DNA of 64,000 nt from an uncultured Acidobacteriota bacterium (GTDB lineage: Bacteria > Acidobacteriota > JAQAZP01), in contig CAWIIB010000001.1 in the NCBI GenBank assembly GCA_963836075.1, positions 1,280,001 to 1,344,000 on the forward strand. Direction: 5' to 3'. Shown one piece after another: positions 40,663 to 50,360 of the stretch. The translations under genes were made by a program, and so were the position numbers. Numbering within the stretch: the stretch's first letter is position 1; each line of letters starts with the position of its first letter. Below the pieces are notes generated by a model. The model was given only the letters and a program-made list of their open reading frames with translations. It ran no database searches and was not told where the DNA came from.

Positions 40663-41594
40663 CCCACCCGCCGGGCGACGATCTTCATCTGGTCCCGCGG
40701 GTCGACAGCTATTTCCATCCGCCCCAGGCCGGTGGCGTCCAGCACCGAGCCCACGGTGCGGTGCACCAGGGGCTGGTCACGAAACAGGTTGTTCAGATAG
40801 GCCAGTTTAGCTCTCTTGGGATAGGTCCCCACCTGTTCCACACGAAAGCCGCTCTTCTCCAGCAGACGGGTGACGGTCTCCCGGGTGAAGTAGTAGAGGT
40901 GCATCCGGATAACCGCCCACCAGCGCTCACCCAGCAGCCGGGCCCAGAAGGACTCGGCATCGGGCACCAGCAGCACCAGCAGGGCACCGGGCCGCATGAT
41001 GCGGTGCGCCTCGGCCAGTTCGGCCAGGGGATCGTTCATATGCTCGATCACGTCCCAGAAACTGACCAGCTGGAAGATCCCGTCAGGATAGCCCTGGTCC
41101 CGCAACTGCCCGCCGCTGATCTCCAGCCCCGCCTCGCGGCCCAGTTCCACCATCCAGCTGTTCAGTTCCACGCCCCGCGCCGGGTCCCAGCCGCGTCGCC
41201 GGGCCGCTTCGAGGAAATAGCCTGACCCGCAGCCCACGTCGAGAACCGGTCCCGGGGGACCGTGCTCTTCCAGTTCCATGAGATCGTGCTCGAAATGCTC
41301 CACCCGCTCCTCGCGCAGCGAAGCGTAGCGCTCGTCCCGCAGGCGGCGGTAGATCCCCGCCCCGCCGGCCTGGGTGGGCCGGGGACTGACATAGACCAGC
41401 CCGCAGCGCACACAGCGGACAATGCGGTGGTGGCGCTGGACCCCCAGGCTTACCGAGGCGTAGGTGTAGTCGAACTCCTCCAGCCGGGGGTCGGCGTCCC
41501 CGCGCTGGAGGTTCGACTGCCAGACCGTCCGGGCCTCCCTGCTGCCGCAGAGCATGCAGTGGACCTGTTCAAGACCGTTCTCCGGATCAGTCAT
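40659..41594 (-). CDS. Class I SAM-dependent methyltransferase with N-terminal zinc ribbon
   Basis: CMLCG...CVRCGL; VLDVGCGSG; WDVIEH; HLYYF. Confidence 0.9.
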   Translation of the reverse strand: MTDPENGLEQVHCMLCGSREARTVWQSNLQRGDADPRLEEFDYTYASVSLGVQRHHRIVRCVRCGLVYVSPRPTQAGGAGIYRRLRDERYASLREERVEHFEHDLMELEEHGPPGPVLDVGCGSGYFLEAARRRGWDPARGVELNSWMVELGREAGLEISGGQLRDQGYPDGIFQLVSFWDVIEHMNDPLAELAEAHRIMRPGALLVLLVPDAESFWARLLGERWWAVIRMHLYYFTRETVTRLLEKSGFRVEQVGTYPKRAKLAYLNNLFRDQPLVHRTVGSVLDATGLGRMEIAVDPRDQMKIVARRVG

Positions 41595-41634
41595 CCGGTC
41601 AACCTTTCATCAAAAACCGGCACGGTTCAAGGGA

Positions 41635-43131
41635 TCAGGGACGCTCCAGACGGTAGAGCAGCAAGTCGCGCCCGAAGGACCACCGCCCGGCGATACGCCA
41701 CCCGCCCGCCAGGATCTCTTCCCGGTGGGCGATCTCGGCGGCCGGCGTCGAGCCGTCCAGACCCGCCTGGACCCAGGCGGCTCGTCCGCCAAGGGAGGCA
41801 TACCGTTCAGGGCTGCAGGCCAGAGCCTTGGCGTTTCCCGGCACCGCCTCCCCGGTGGTGTAGTAGTGCCGCAACGCCAGTATGTTCTCGCAGCCCACGA
41901 ACTCGCCGGGCCGGGCCTGCTGCTCCAGGTGAGCCGCCAGGCCCTGCCAGTCCTCGCGGTGCACCACATCGGTGGGCAGCCGCCAGGCGGTCCCCAGGGA
42001 GACCAGGTTCGCCCCGGCCAGGAGCAGCGCCGCCGGCCAGAAAAGTCGGCCCCGGCGCCCGGCGGTCACACCCCGGGCGATCAGGATGACAAATCCCGGC
42101 AGCGCTGCCGCCAGGTAACGGGCCCCCAGGTTGAGCTGGAAGAACACCGCTCCCAGGGCCACGGGTAGCAGCAGCACCGCCGCGGCCAGGGCCACGCCCT
42201 CCCGTGCGGGCCCCTGCCCTGTCCGCCATGCCCGGACAAGAAAATAGGCCGCCCCCCCGGCTCCTGCCGCCAGCAGCGCCACCGACAGCGGATCGCCGAG
42301 GATGGCCCGGACGGCCTGACGGCCAAAATTCGCGAAATGATACCCCATCGAGAAGTGGAGATAAACACCGGCCAGCTTTTTGGCCAGGGCGAGCGGGGAG
42401 TCGAGGAGAAAGGCCCGGGTGCCGGCCTGGCGCAGAAACCCGGCCAGCACCGGCGTGGCCAGCAGCAGCATCAGCGCCTGGAGCCGCAGGAGACGGGAGG
42501 TCAGGGCGGCCGGAATTTCGCCGTTGGCCAGGCGGCGCCAGATGAGATAGCCCCAGTGCGAGAGGGGAACCAGCCAGCCCAGGTGGTGGGTGTAGACGCA
42601 GGCCAAACAGGCGGTGACCCACAGAACACCGGCCATCCGTCCCCGGACCGCCGCCCCCCCGGTGCCGCAAAGCATGGCCAGGGCCAGGTGGGCAAAAACA
42701 GCGGCGGCGCCCAGCAGGGAATACATCCGCACCTCCCCGCCGCTCTGGACGAGACAGGGCGAGAGGGCGGCGATCAGACCGGCGGCCCAGCCACCGGCCC
42801 GGCCCAGCAGTTGCCGTCCCAGAAGACAGATTCCGGCCACGGCCAGACACCCGAAGACCAGGGAGAGCGACCGGGCCGCGGCGTCACCACCGCCAAACAG
42901 CGCCCCCCAGGCCTTGAGCAGCAGGTAGTAGAGCGGCGGGTGGACATCGGCAGCGCCGATAACGGAGACCGCGGCGATCCGTCCGGCATCCTGGGCGGCA
43001 AAGGCCAGCGAGTAGGCCTCGTCGCCCCACAGGCTGCGCGTAGCGATGCCGGGCAGCCTGACCAGGGCGGCCAGCAACACACAGATTGTTATCGGGATGG
43101 CTTTCCGAAGTCCCGCCCGTTCTTCGCTCAT
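41635..43131 (-). CDS. ArnT/PMT-like (GT39) membrane glycosyltransferase
   Basis: SLWGDEAYS, HPPLYY, ARSLS, EVRMYS, YTHH, RY, REDW; about 11 TM helices. Confidence 0.85.
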   Translation of the reverse strand: MSEERAGLRKAIPITICVLLAALVRLPGIATRSLWGDEAYSLAFAAQDAGRIAAVSVIGAADVHPPLYYLLLKAWGALFGGGDAAARSLSLVFGCLAVAGICLLGRQLLGRAGGWAAGLIAALSPCLVQSGGEVRMYSLLGAAAVFAHLALAMLCGTGGAAVRGRMAGVLWVTACLACVYTHHLGWLVPLSHWGYLIWRRLANGEIPAALTSRLLRLQALMLLLATPVLAGFLRQAGTRAFLLDSPLALAKKLAGVYLHFSMGYHFANFGRQAVRAILGDPLSVALLAAGAGGAAYFLVRAWRTGQGPAREGVALAAAVLLLPVALGAVFFQLNLGARYLAAALPGFVILIARGVTAGRRGRLFWPAALLLAGANLVSLGTAWRLPTDVVHREDWQGLAAHLEQQARPGEFVGCENILALRHYYTTGEAVPGNAKALACSPERYASLGGRAAWVQAGLDGSTPAAEIAHREEILAGGWRIAGRWSFGRDLLLYRLERP

Positions 43132-43235
43132 ACGCTCCAGATCCTCTAACTGTTGGTGGGGCCGCGTGTTACTGACGCAAATCGGGAGTATAGCATTGTT
43201 GCCGTGGTTTCAGAACCGGCGTGAGGTAGCCACAA

Positions 43236-45449
43236 TCAGGCAAAACCGGAGGGATCCACCTCGCCCTCGCTCCCCCTGGGGAGGTGCGTGAGCAGCGGGC
43301 AGTCCTCGTCCCTGTTGTCGAGATGGGCCTCGGCGTGGATCTGCTCCACGGCACGGGACACGCTGCGGTAGAAATTCTCGTGGCCGACTTTGTCGTAGAG
43401 GTGCGTCCTCTTCATCACCCGGAGCACCTTGTCATTGCAGCCGCTGACCGAGAACTTGACCCCCGCCTCGTGCAGGCGGTCGGCCAGCAGGGAGAGGATA
43501 TCCTCGCCCGATGCGTCCAGTTCGTTGATCCCGTTGCCCACCAAAACCACGTGCTTCACCTGGGGCATGGCGGTCACCTGGTCGATCAGCTTGTCCTCGA
43601 GGTAGCTGACATTGGCGAAGATCAGCGACCCGCTGAAGCGGATCACCACGATGTGGTCGCAGGTCTGGAGCTTCCACAGTTCAGCGTTGCGGAAGGAGCC
43701 GTCAGGGTGTTTGGAGAGCACGGCCACTTCCGGCTTCATGTTGCGCAGCAGGTAGAGGACGACGGAGAGCAGCACACCGATGATGATCCCCCGGTCGAGG
43801 TGCGGGGCGAAGAGCAGGGTGGCGACAAAGCTGATCACCGAGATGATCCCGTCATAGGGCTGGGCCCGGTAGGCGTGGATGAAACCGGAGACGTTGAGCA
43901 GCCCGATCACCGCCATCATGATGATCGCCGCCAGCACCGCCTGCGGCAGATGGTAGAGCAGCGGGGTGAAGAAGAGCAGGGTGATCACCACGATCAGGGA
44001 ACTGATCACGTTGGAAAACCCGCTGACCCCGCCGGCCTGGAGATTCACCGCCGACCTGGAAAAAGAACCCGACACGGGGTAGCTCTGCCCCACCGAACCG
44101 AGGATGTTCCCCAGCCCCTGGCCGATCAGTTCCTGGTTGGGATCAAGGCGCTGACCCGTCTTGGCCGCCATGGCCTTGGCGATGGAGATGGCCTCCATGA
44201 AGCCCAGCAGGGAGATGATCACCGCCATGGGAAAGAGCCGCAGCACGATACTCCCGTCGGGCCGCGGCAGGGCCATTTTGGGCAGCCCCTGGGGGATGAC
44301 CCCCACCACCGCGCCTCCGCCGCTCATCCGCAGGGCGCTCTCGTCCAACGCGCCATTTCCCACCCTGATACGCCAGGTCCGGCCGTCATCCCCCAGCCCG
44401 CCGGGAACCTCCCCCCGGAGAAAAAACCGGTATGCCGATTCGGCCGCGGGACCTGGTGGTATTCCGGCAAACTTGAACTTGCGCAGCACGGCGCGGAACC
44501 GGGTCGATTCCTCCTTCAACTCGTCTATTTCCAGGTTGAGCAGTTCCAGGCGGTGCCGCAGCTTGACCAGTTCCGCATACATCGCCTCACCTTCGGCATG
44601 AGACGCTTCCTGGTATTGTCCGTCAACCCGGGTGCGCTCCACCGCGGCCTCGGTCATCTTCTCCAGGCTCCGGTTATAGCCGCTGACCATCCTCCGCACC
44701 TCGGACGCCTGAATCGCTTCCAGGGCGGCCGGCTGGTCGTGCTCGAATCCGATGGCCCAGGAGATGATCGTGGTCACCACCACCGCCACCAGCACGTTGG
44801 GAATCCGCGGATTGAACTTTTTCAAACCGGCCATCAGGGCGAAGGCCAGCGCAGCCAGGGCGAGGGTGGGCCAGTGGGTATAATCCCAGGCGGCAACAAC
44901 CACGTTCCAGATGGTTTCGTAATGGTGTTCGGCCTTGTCCACGTAAACGCCAAAGACTTTCGACAGCTGGGAGGAGGCAATGATCAGGGCCGCGGCGTTG
45001 GTAAACCCGTTGACCACCGGGTGGGAGAGGAAGTTGACCACCAACCCCAGGCGGAAGACCCCCAGCAGGAACTGGAAGATACCCACCAGCAGGGCGAGAA
45101 TGATGGCGTAGCCGATGAAGGCTTCGCTGCCCGCGGTGGCCAACGGTTCCAGAGCCGTGGCGGTCATCAGCGAGACCACCGCCACCGGGCCGGTGGCCAG
45201 CTGGAAGCTGGAACCGAAGAGTGAGGCGACCATCGGCGGTAAAAAGGCCGCGTAGAGACCGTAGTACGCCGGCAGACCGGCCAACTGGGCATAGGCCATG
45301 GACTGGGGAATGAGCACCAGGGCCACGGTGAGCCCGGCAATCACATCGGCACGGGCCGCCGCCCCGGTGTAGCCCTTGAACCATCCGATGAAGGGCAGGA
45401 ACCGCACCAGCAAACCGGCCCGACGGAGCCGTAGCCGGACCACCGTCAT
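43236..45449 (-). CDS. SulP (SLC26) anion permease with STAS domain
   Basis: DVIAGLTVALVLIPQSMAYA, GLY, GPVA, NQELIGQGLGN, GSFSRS; C-terminal STAS; exact start uncertain. Confidence 0.94.
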   Translation of the reverse strand: MTVVRLRLRRAGLLVRFLPFIGWFKGYTGAAARADVIAGLTVALVLIPQSMAYAQLAGLPAYYGLYAAFLPPMVASLFGSSFQLATGPVAVVSLMTATALEPLATAGSEAFIGYAIILALLVGIFQFLLGVFRLGLVVNFLSHPVVNGFTNAAALIIASSQLSKVFGVYVDKAEHHYETIWNVVVAAWDYTHWPTLALAALAFALMAGLKKFNPRIPNVLVAVVVTTIISWAIGFEHDQPAALEAIQASEVRRMVSGYNRSLEKMTEAAVERTRVDGQYQEASHAEGEAMYAELVKLRHRLELLNLEIDELKEESTRFRAVLRKFKFAGIPPGPAAESAYRFFLRGEVPGGLGDDGRTWRIRVGNGALDESALRMSGGGAVVGVIPQGLPKMALPRPDGSIVLRLFPMAVIISLLGFMEAISIAKAMAAKTGQRLDPNQELIGQGLGNILGSVGQSYPVSGSFSRSAVNLQAGGVSGFSNVISSLIVVITLLFFTPLLYHLPQAVLAAIIMMAVIGLLNVSGFIHAYRAQPYDGIISVISFVATLLFAPHLDRGIIIGVLLSVVLYLLRNMKPEVAVLSKHPDGSFRNAELWKLQTCDHIVVIRFSGSLIFANVSYLEDKLIDQVTAMPQVKHVVLVGNGINELDASGEDILSLLADRLHEAGVKFSVSGCNDKVLRVMKRTHLYDKVGHENFYRSVSRAVEQIHAEAHLDNRDEDCPLLTHLPRGSEGEVDPSGFA

Positions 45450-45612
45450 CGCGCGCCTGGGCTCGCTTTTTCCTCATGAACCCTTGGGTGTTTCAGAATA
45501 GTTCGTGGTTCATCCGGGGCCGGAACACAACGAACCAGGCCCGTCTCACGGGCGGGAATATACCACTAAACATTGCGATCTGGAAGCCGTCCGCCATCAG
45601 TCGCGGCCATCA

Positions 45613-46110
45613 TCAGGCCGGTGTGAGCCCGAAGCGCTGGACGATCCAGTCGGCCAGCGCCATTGTCTCCCCGGGTTTGAACCATACCAGTTCCCCGTCG
45701 GGCGCCGTCCGGCTCACCACGGCCAGCAGCCCCGGGTCTCCGGCGTTGAGCGGGGCGAGGGATGGCGGCACGCACTCGACTTTTGGCGCTTCGGGATTGC
45801 CGCGTCCTTCCCAGAGTACCAGGTCCTTGCCCTGGAACAGAGTCTGGTGCAGCTCCCGCACCATCTCGTCTTCCGGCCGGTTGGTGTGGCACGACCAGCG
45901 GTCCGGCGCGATAATTACGGCAACGGCGCTGCCGGCCTGGCGGTGCTGCCAGGAGTCTTTTCCCGGCGTGTCGAACTCGTGCTCGTGAGAGGTGTGCTTC
46001 ACCGTGGCCAGCACCAGGCCCCGCCGCACCAGTTCCTCGATCAACCCCGACATCAGGGTGGTCTTGCCGCTGTTCTTCCGCCCGACAATGCTCAGGTGCT
46101 CGGCCATCAT
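45613..46110 (-). CDS. mobB: Molybdopterin-guanine dinucleotide biosynthesis protein B
   Basis: GRKNSGKTTL, VKHTSH..FDTPGKDSW.HR.AG, DLVLWEG. Confidence 0.88.
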   Translation of the reverse strand: MMAEHLSIVGRKNSGKTTLMSGLIEELVRRGLVLATVKHTSHEHEFDTPGKDSWQHRQAGSAVAVIIAPDRWSCHTNRPEDEMVRELHQTLFQGKDLVLWEGRGNPEAPKVECVPPSLAPLNAGDPGLLAVVSRTAPDGELVWFKPGETMALADWIVQRFGLTPA

Positions 46111-46696
46111 CCGTTTCCTTCCAGATCGCGCAGCCACTCCAGGTCTTCCACCCGGTTGACGTTGAACAGCGACAGGCCGGGATGGGAGGGGACCACCTTC
46201 ACCCAACAAAGCTCGCGGAACCCGGAGTCGATTTTGTAGTCCCCCTGCTCCAGACGCCGGCGCCAGTAGCCACCGGTATCGCGGTGGTAGAGCGCGGCCA
46301 GCGGTTCGGGCCGGACCCCGCCGCTGAGCGCCGCCACCCGGTCACCGTCGGAAACCCGTTCCACCAGCAACCGCAGGTCTGCGGCTGTGAGCAGCGGCAT
46401 GTCCCCGGCCACCACCAGGGCCCAGCGGGTGGGACAGGCCGGGAGCAGGGCTGCCAGGCCGCCGAGGGGGCCGCACCCGGGCCGGGCGTCGGCAATGATC
46501 CGTCCGGGATCGGGCCAGATACCGTCCAGGTTGTCACCCACCGCAAAGGGCGGTCGGCCCAGTACCTGTTCCAGCAGGCTGCCCGCCCGCTGAAGCAGGG
46601 TCCGCCCCCCACCTCGAAGAGCCGCTTGTCCCGACCCATCCGGGTGGCCCGGCCGCCGGCCAGCACAAACCCGGTCACCTCCTCGATCTCCGCCAC
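46107..46696 (-). CDS. mobA: Molybdenum cofactor guanylyltransferase (frameshift in G-run near 46605-46610)
   Basis: VLAGGRATRMGRDK in one frame; GPLGG, VAGDMP, EPLAALY, FNVN in the next frame. Confidence 0.88.
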
Positions 46697-46852
46697 TGGC
46701 CCCTCCCTGCTCGCCGCCCGGCAATCCACCGGCCAGCATGAAACGCCACAGGGCCGATGATACACGAGGCGCTGGGCAGGGAAAAGGGTGCCAAATCGTT
46801 GTATACTCTAAAATCCTGATTTTCTAACCACCGTCTTCCGCCGGAGGTTTTC

Positions 46853-48172
46853 TTGATTCAGCTCCTTCCCAGATGTGTCCTGCTGGTCCTGGCCATGCTG
46901 GCCGCTGCCGCCGCTCCGGCAACGGCGACGACGACGCAGGACGAACAGTCCGCCGCCTGGTCACCGCTGAGACCCGGGGAGGCCCCGGCGGCACTGTCCG
47001 CCAGAGCGGCCGAGTTCTTCAACCTGGCTGGCCGGCGCCAGTGGGACGGAGCGGCGTCGATGGTCTCCCGGCGTTCCAGAGACCTTTTCTCCATACCGGA
47101 CGACGCGCTGCCCGAGGCGATCCTGACCCACATCACCTTCAATCCGGGAAGGATTCTCCAGCTGGAACTGACCGGCAAAAGCTGGTATCACCTTTCCCCT
47201 TCCCGCCGGCCGTCAGGAAAGGGCCGCCCCGGGGAATCCGACATCTTCCAGATGGAAATCCTGCTGCAGGATGAGGATTACTACCCGGAGATGACCCTGC
47301 TCTGGATCTTCGAGGACCAGGACTGGCGTCTGCTCAGCGACGACATCTACCACCACTACCTGACCCTGGACATCCCCGGTGACAGCCGGGGTCTCTGCAC
47401 CAGGTTCATGAGGCTGCTGCGCCACGGACAGTGGGCCGAGGCCGCGGAGATGGTATCCGTGCGCACGGCGCGACTCCCGTTCTCGCCGGTTGGCGGCGGA
47501 GCCAGGGAGCTGGTACACGCCCTGACCCTCGTGCCGGGGAAGGACACGTTCAAGGAGTTCGTCCTCACCTTCGACCGGGACAGCTGGTGCGAGATCGGAC
47601 AATACGATGCAGATCAGGGCTGGTTTGAAATGCGGATGCATCGGCTGAGCAGCGGCGTGGAAGAGATCTCCCTGATCTGGGTCCGCGAAGAAGGCAGTTG
47701 GAAGGCGTTCTGCGACGCGGACTACCTCCGCTACCTCGACCTGGAGCCCCCGGAACGGATGCCGCCGGCCCTGCTCGAGACGGTGGAGCGATATCACATC
47801 AACTTCTGCCGCGGCTTCAACCGCCAGTGGTGGGTCGACTGGAGCGACAAGTCCCTGTGGAAAGCCTACGACCTGGGCTCTGAGAAGCTGCGAGCCCGCA
47901 TGTCGTTCAGCGAGTTTGCCACATTTCCGAATCCCCTGCCGGTGCCGCGATTCAACATCAAATACCTCCGGATAGCCGGTTTCGCGGTACGCCAGGGCGG
48001 CCTTGTGGAGGTGGTGGTCATTCTTCGAGGAGGGGGGCCGGGCGCCCGGATGGAGGCACCGGATACCTCCCAGTGGATCGAGGTTGACGGCCACTGGCGG
48101 CGCACCACCGCGGAAGTGGAAGAGATCAGACCTCTTGCACCGCCCACTGCTCATCGACCCACAGGCCGATGA
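46853..48172 (+). CDS. Secreted hypothetical protein with three tandem NTF2-like repeats
   Basis: Signal peptide; GGAGG RBS before TTG; three units each starting with helix F/Y...W..A..(M/L).S and ending W..E.G/D.W(R/K). Confidence 0.65.
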   Translation: MIQLLPRCVLLVLAMLAAAAAPATATTTQDEQSAAWSPLRPGEAPAALSARAAEFFNLAGRRQWDGAASMVSRRSRDLFSIPDDALPEAILTHITFNPGRILQLELTGKSWYHLSPSRRPSGKGRPGESDIFQMEILLQDEDYYPEMTLLWIFEDQDWRLLSDDIYHHYLTLDIPGDSRGLCTRFMRLLRHGQWAEAAEMVSVRTARLPFSPVGGGARELVHALTLVPGKDTFKEFVLTFDRDSWCEIGQYDADQGWFEMRMHRLSSGVEEISLIWVREEGSWKAFCDADYLRYLDLEPPERMPPALLETVERYHINFCRGFNRQWWVDWSDKSLWKAYDLGSEKLRARMSFSEFATFPNPLPVPRFNIKYLRIAGFAVRQGGLVEVVVILRGGGPGARMEAPDTSQWIEVDGHWRRTTAEVEEIRPLAPPTAHRPTGR

Positions 48173-48497
48173 CCTCCACTGCCGGGTATCGGCCGCGGAT
48201 CAGTTCAACGGCCCGGGAGATCTGTTCCAGCTGGGTTTCCTTGTCCACCGGGTTCCCGGCGCAGTCATGGTGACCCACCACACAGACGGCCCGCGACCCG
48301 TGCTTGTCCACCGAAATGGCGATGCGGTGGAATACCGATTCCAGCAGGCCGGGATCCTCCCCCCCGGCGAGAATGCTGATCGGTCCCGGCTCGGTTATGG
48401 TGTCCACATAGGTGGAACCGAAACGCCGTCGCATGAACTCGTTCACCGGCAGTTGTGTGCGGCCGTCCATACAGTTGATCGCGGTGCAGAAACTCAT
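48126..48497 (-). CDS. Small beta-carbonic-anhydrase-like protein
   Basis: CMDGR and GHHDCAG zinc-ligand motifs. Confidence 0.8.
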   Translation of the reverse strand: MSFCTAINCMDGRTQLPVNEFMRRRFGSTYVDTITEPGPISILAGGEDPGLLESVFHRIAISVDKHGSRAVCVVGHHDCAGNPVDKETQLEQISRAVELIRGRYPAVEVIGLWVDEQWAVQEV

Positions 48498-48511
48498 CCC
48501 TTCCTCTCCAG

Positions 48512-49798
48512 TCAGATTTCCGTGCCCGAGGGTATAATCGCCCCGCGCTGGATGATGGTGATCCCGTCACGGATCCAGTAGTGGTCTTCGCGGACTTCCC
48601 GGTCCTGGGGCTGTGGCCGGATCACCACACCGTCGCCGATGCGGGCGTTCTTGTCGATGATCGTCCGCTCGATGACGCAGTAGCGGCCGATGCCCAGGGC
48701 CGGGATGTCCTCCCCGCCATTGATCATCCGCCGGCTCACGTCCTCACCTTCAAAAAAGTCGGCCCCGTGCATCACCACGTGGTCCAGCCGCGACCCCTCC
48801 CTGATGTTGGAGCGCACCCCGACAATGGAGTCGCTGATCACCGCGCCGGTGATGTCCGACCCCTCCACCACCAGGCTGTCACGGATCTCGGAACGGATGA
48901 TCCGGCTGGGGGGCAGCGAACGGGTGCGCGTGTAGATGGGCCAGCCCGGCTTGTAGAGACTGAACGGGGGCCGGGGCTGGGCCAGGGAGATGTTGGCTTC
49001 GAAAAAGGCCTCGATGGTCCCGATGTCCTCCCAGTGATCGGCGAAGGGGTAGGCCATCACCCGGCGCCGGCCCACGGCCGCGGGGAGGATGTCCTTGCCG
49101 AAATCCTTACGTTCGCGGTCCTCCAGGTCTTCCACCAGGACACTGGTGTCAAAGGAGTAGATCCCCATGGAGGCCAGGTAGCGGTCTTCGCGGATCTCCA
49201 GCCCGCGGGAGCGGAAAAAACTGCCCGGCGCCCGGAAACGGTCCAGCACGTCCGGGTCCGTCGGTTTCTCCACGAACTCCAGCACCTCCCCTTCATCGCT
49301 GACCCGCAACAGCCCCATCCGCGGGGCCTCCTCCCGGCTCACCGGGTAGACCCCGAGGGTGATCCCGGCGCCGCTCTCGCGGTGGTAGCGCACCAGGTCC
49401 CCATAGTCCATGCGGTAGAGGTGGTCACCGGAGAGGATCACCACCTGCTCCGGCTGGTAGTAGGTAGTGTGGTTCAGCGTTGCCCGGACGGCATCGGCGG
49501 TACCCTGAAACCAGTCGGAACTCTGGGGCGTCTGCTCCGCGGCGAGGATATCCACAAAGCCGTCGGAAAAGGTGTCGAAGGCGTAGGTCTGCATGATGTG
49601 GCGGTGCAGACTGGCCGACATGAACTGGGTCAGCACAAACACACGTTCGATCCCGGAATTGATGCAATTGGAGATGGGAATGTCGATCAGCCGGTACTTG
49701 CCGGCGAAACTGACCGCCGGCTTGGCCCGCTCGAGGGTCAGGGGAAAAAGCCGCGTCCCCCGGCCGCCGCCCAGGATCACTGCTGCCACGCGCTTCAC
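48512..49798 (-). CDS. glgC: Glucose-1-phosphate adenylyltransferase
   Basis: ILGGGRGTRLFPLT..RAKPAV, YRLIDIPISNCINSG, WFQGTADAVR, LSGDHLYRMDY, FVEKP, WEDIGT, IIDKNARIG. Confidence 0.96.
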   Translation of the reverse strand: MKRVAAVILGGGRGTRLFPLTLERAKPAVSFAGKYRLIDIPISNCINSGIERVFVLTQFMSASLHRHIMQTYAFDTFSDGFVDILAAEQTPQSSDWFQGTADAVRATLNHTTYYQPEQVVILSGDHLYRMDYGDLVRYHRESGAGITLGVYPVSREEAPRMGLLRVSDEGEVLEFVEKPTDPDVLDRFRAPGSFFRSRGLEIREDRYLASMGIYSFDTSVLVEDLEDRERKDFGKDILPAAVGRRRVMAYPFADHWEDIGTIEAFFEANISLAQPRPPFSLYKPGWPIYTRTRSLPPSRIIRSEIRDSLVVEGSDITGAVISDSIVGVRSNIREGSRLDHVVMHGADFFEGEDVSRRMINGGEDIPALGIGRYCVIERTIIDKNARIGDGVVIRPQPQDREVREDHYWIRDGITIIQRGAIIPSGTEI

Positions 49799-49843
49799 GA
49801 GTTCGTACCTCCTCTCCGTAAATGGAAACCGCCGCCCCGGGTC

Positions 49844-50179
49844 TCAGACCTCGATGCCGAAGTAGACCAGCACCAGGTCCCTGTCGCCGGTATTGACCAG
49901 TTCATGTTCTTCGCCCGGTGAAACCGCGATGCAATCCGCAGCGGCCAGGGAAACCTCCCCGCCCTCTCCACGCAACAGGCCCGTTCCGGACTGCACCAGA
50001 AACACCTCGCACATGTCGGGGTGCGCGTGGGCACCGGCCGCCTCTCCGGGAGGGAATACCGCCCTGGAGAAACCGGTGAGGTGGGGGATGTCCCCCCGCC
50101 GGAGAAACACCTTCTTGCGGATCAGCGGATTGTGCGACACCGCCTCCTCCGCCAGCTGGTCCAGTGAGACAATTTTCAT
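49844..50179 (-). CDS. Cupin domain protein
   Basis: HAHPDMCEVFLVQSGTG...PGEEHEL cupin motifs. Confidence 0.88.
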   Translation of the reverse strand: MKIVSLDQLAEEAVSHNPLIRKKVFLRRGDIPHLTGFSRAVFPPGEAAGAHAHPDMCEVFLVQSGTGLLRGEGGEVSLAAADCIAVSPGEEHELVNTGDRDLVLVYFGIEV

Positions 50180-50360
50180 CACGTATGGTATCCGGAATCA
50201 ATCATCCGTCAAGTCGCCGCGCTTCCAAGACGGCTCGCCAGGGGAGAATATCTCGCAACTGTCTATTTTTGCTAGAATAGCATAGATTCAGGGCAACGTG
50301 TAGAGTTGGCAAAGAGCCGTGGAACCTGCCGCCCGGGCCCCTTTCTAGACTGGGAAACGA

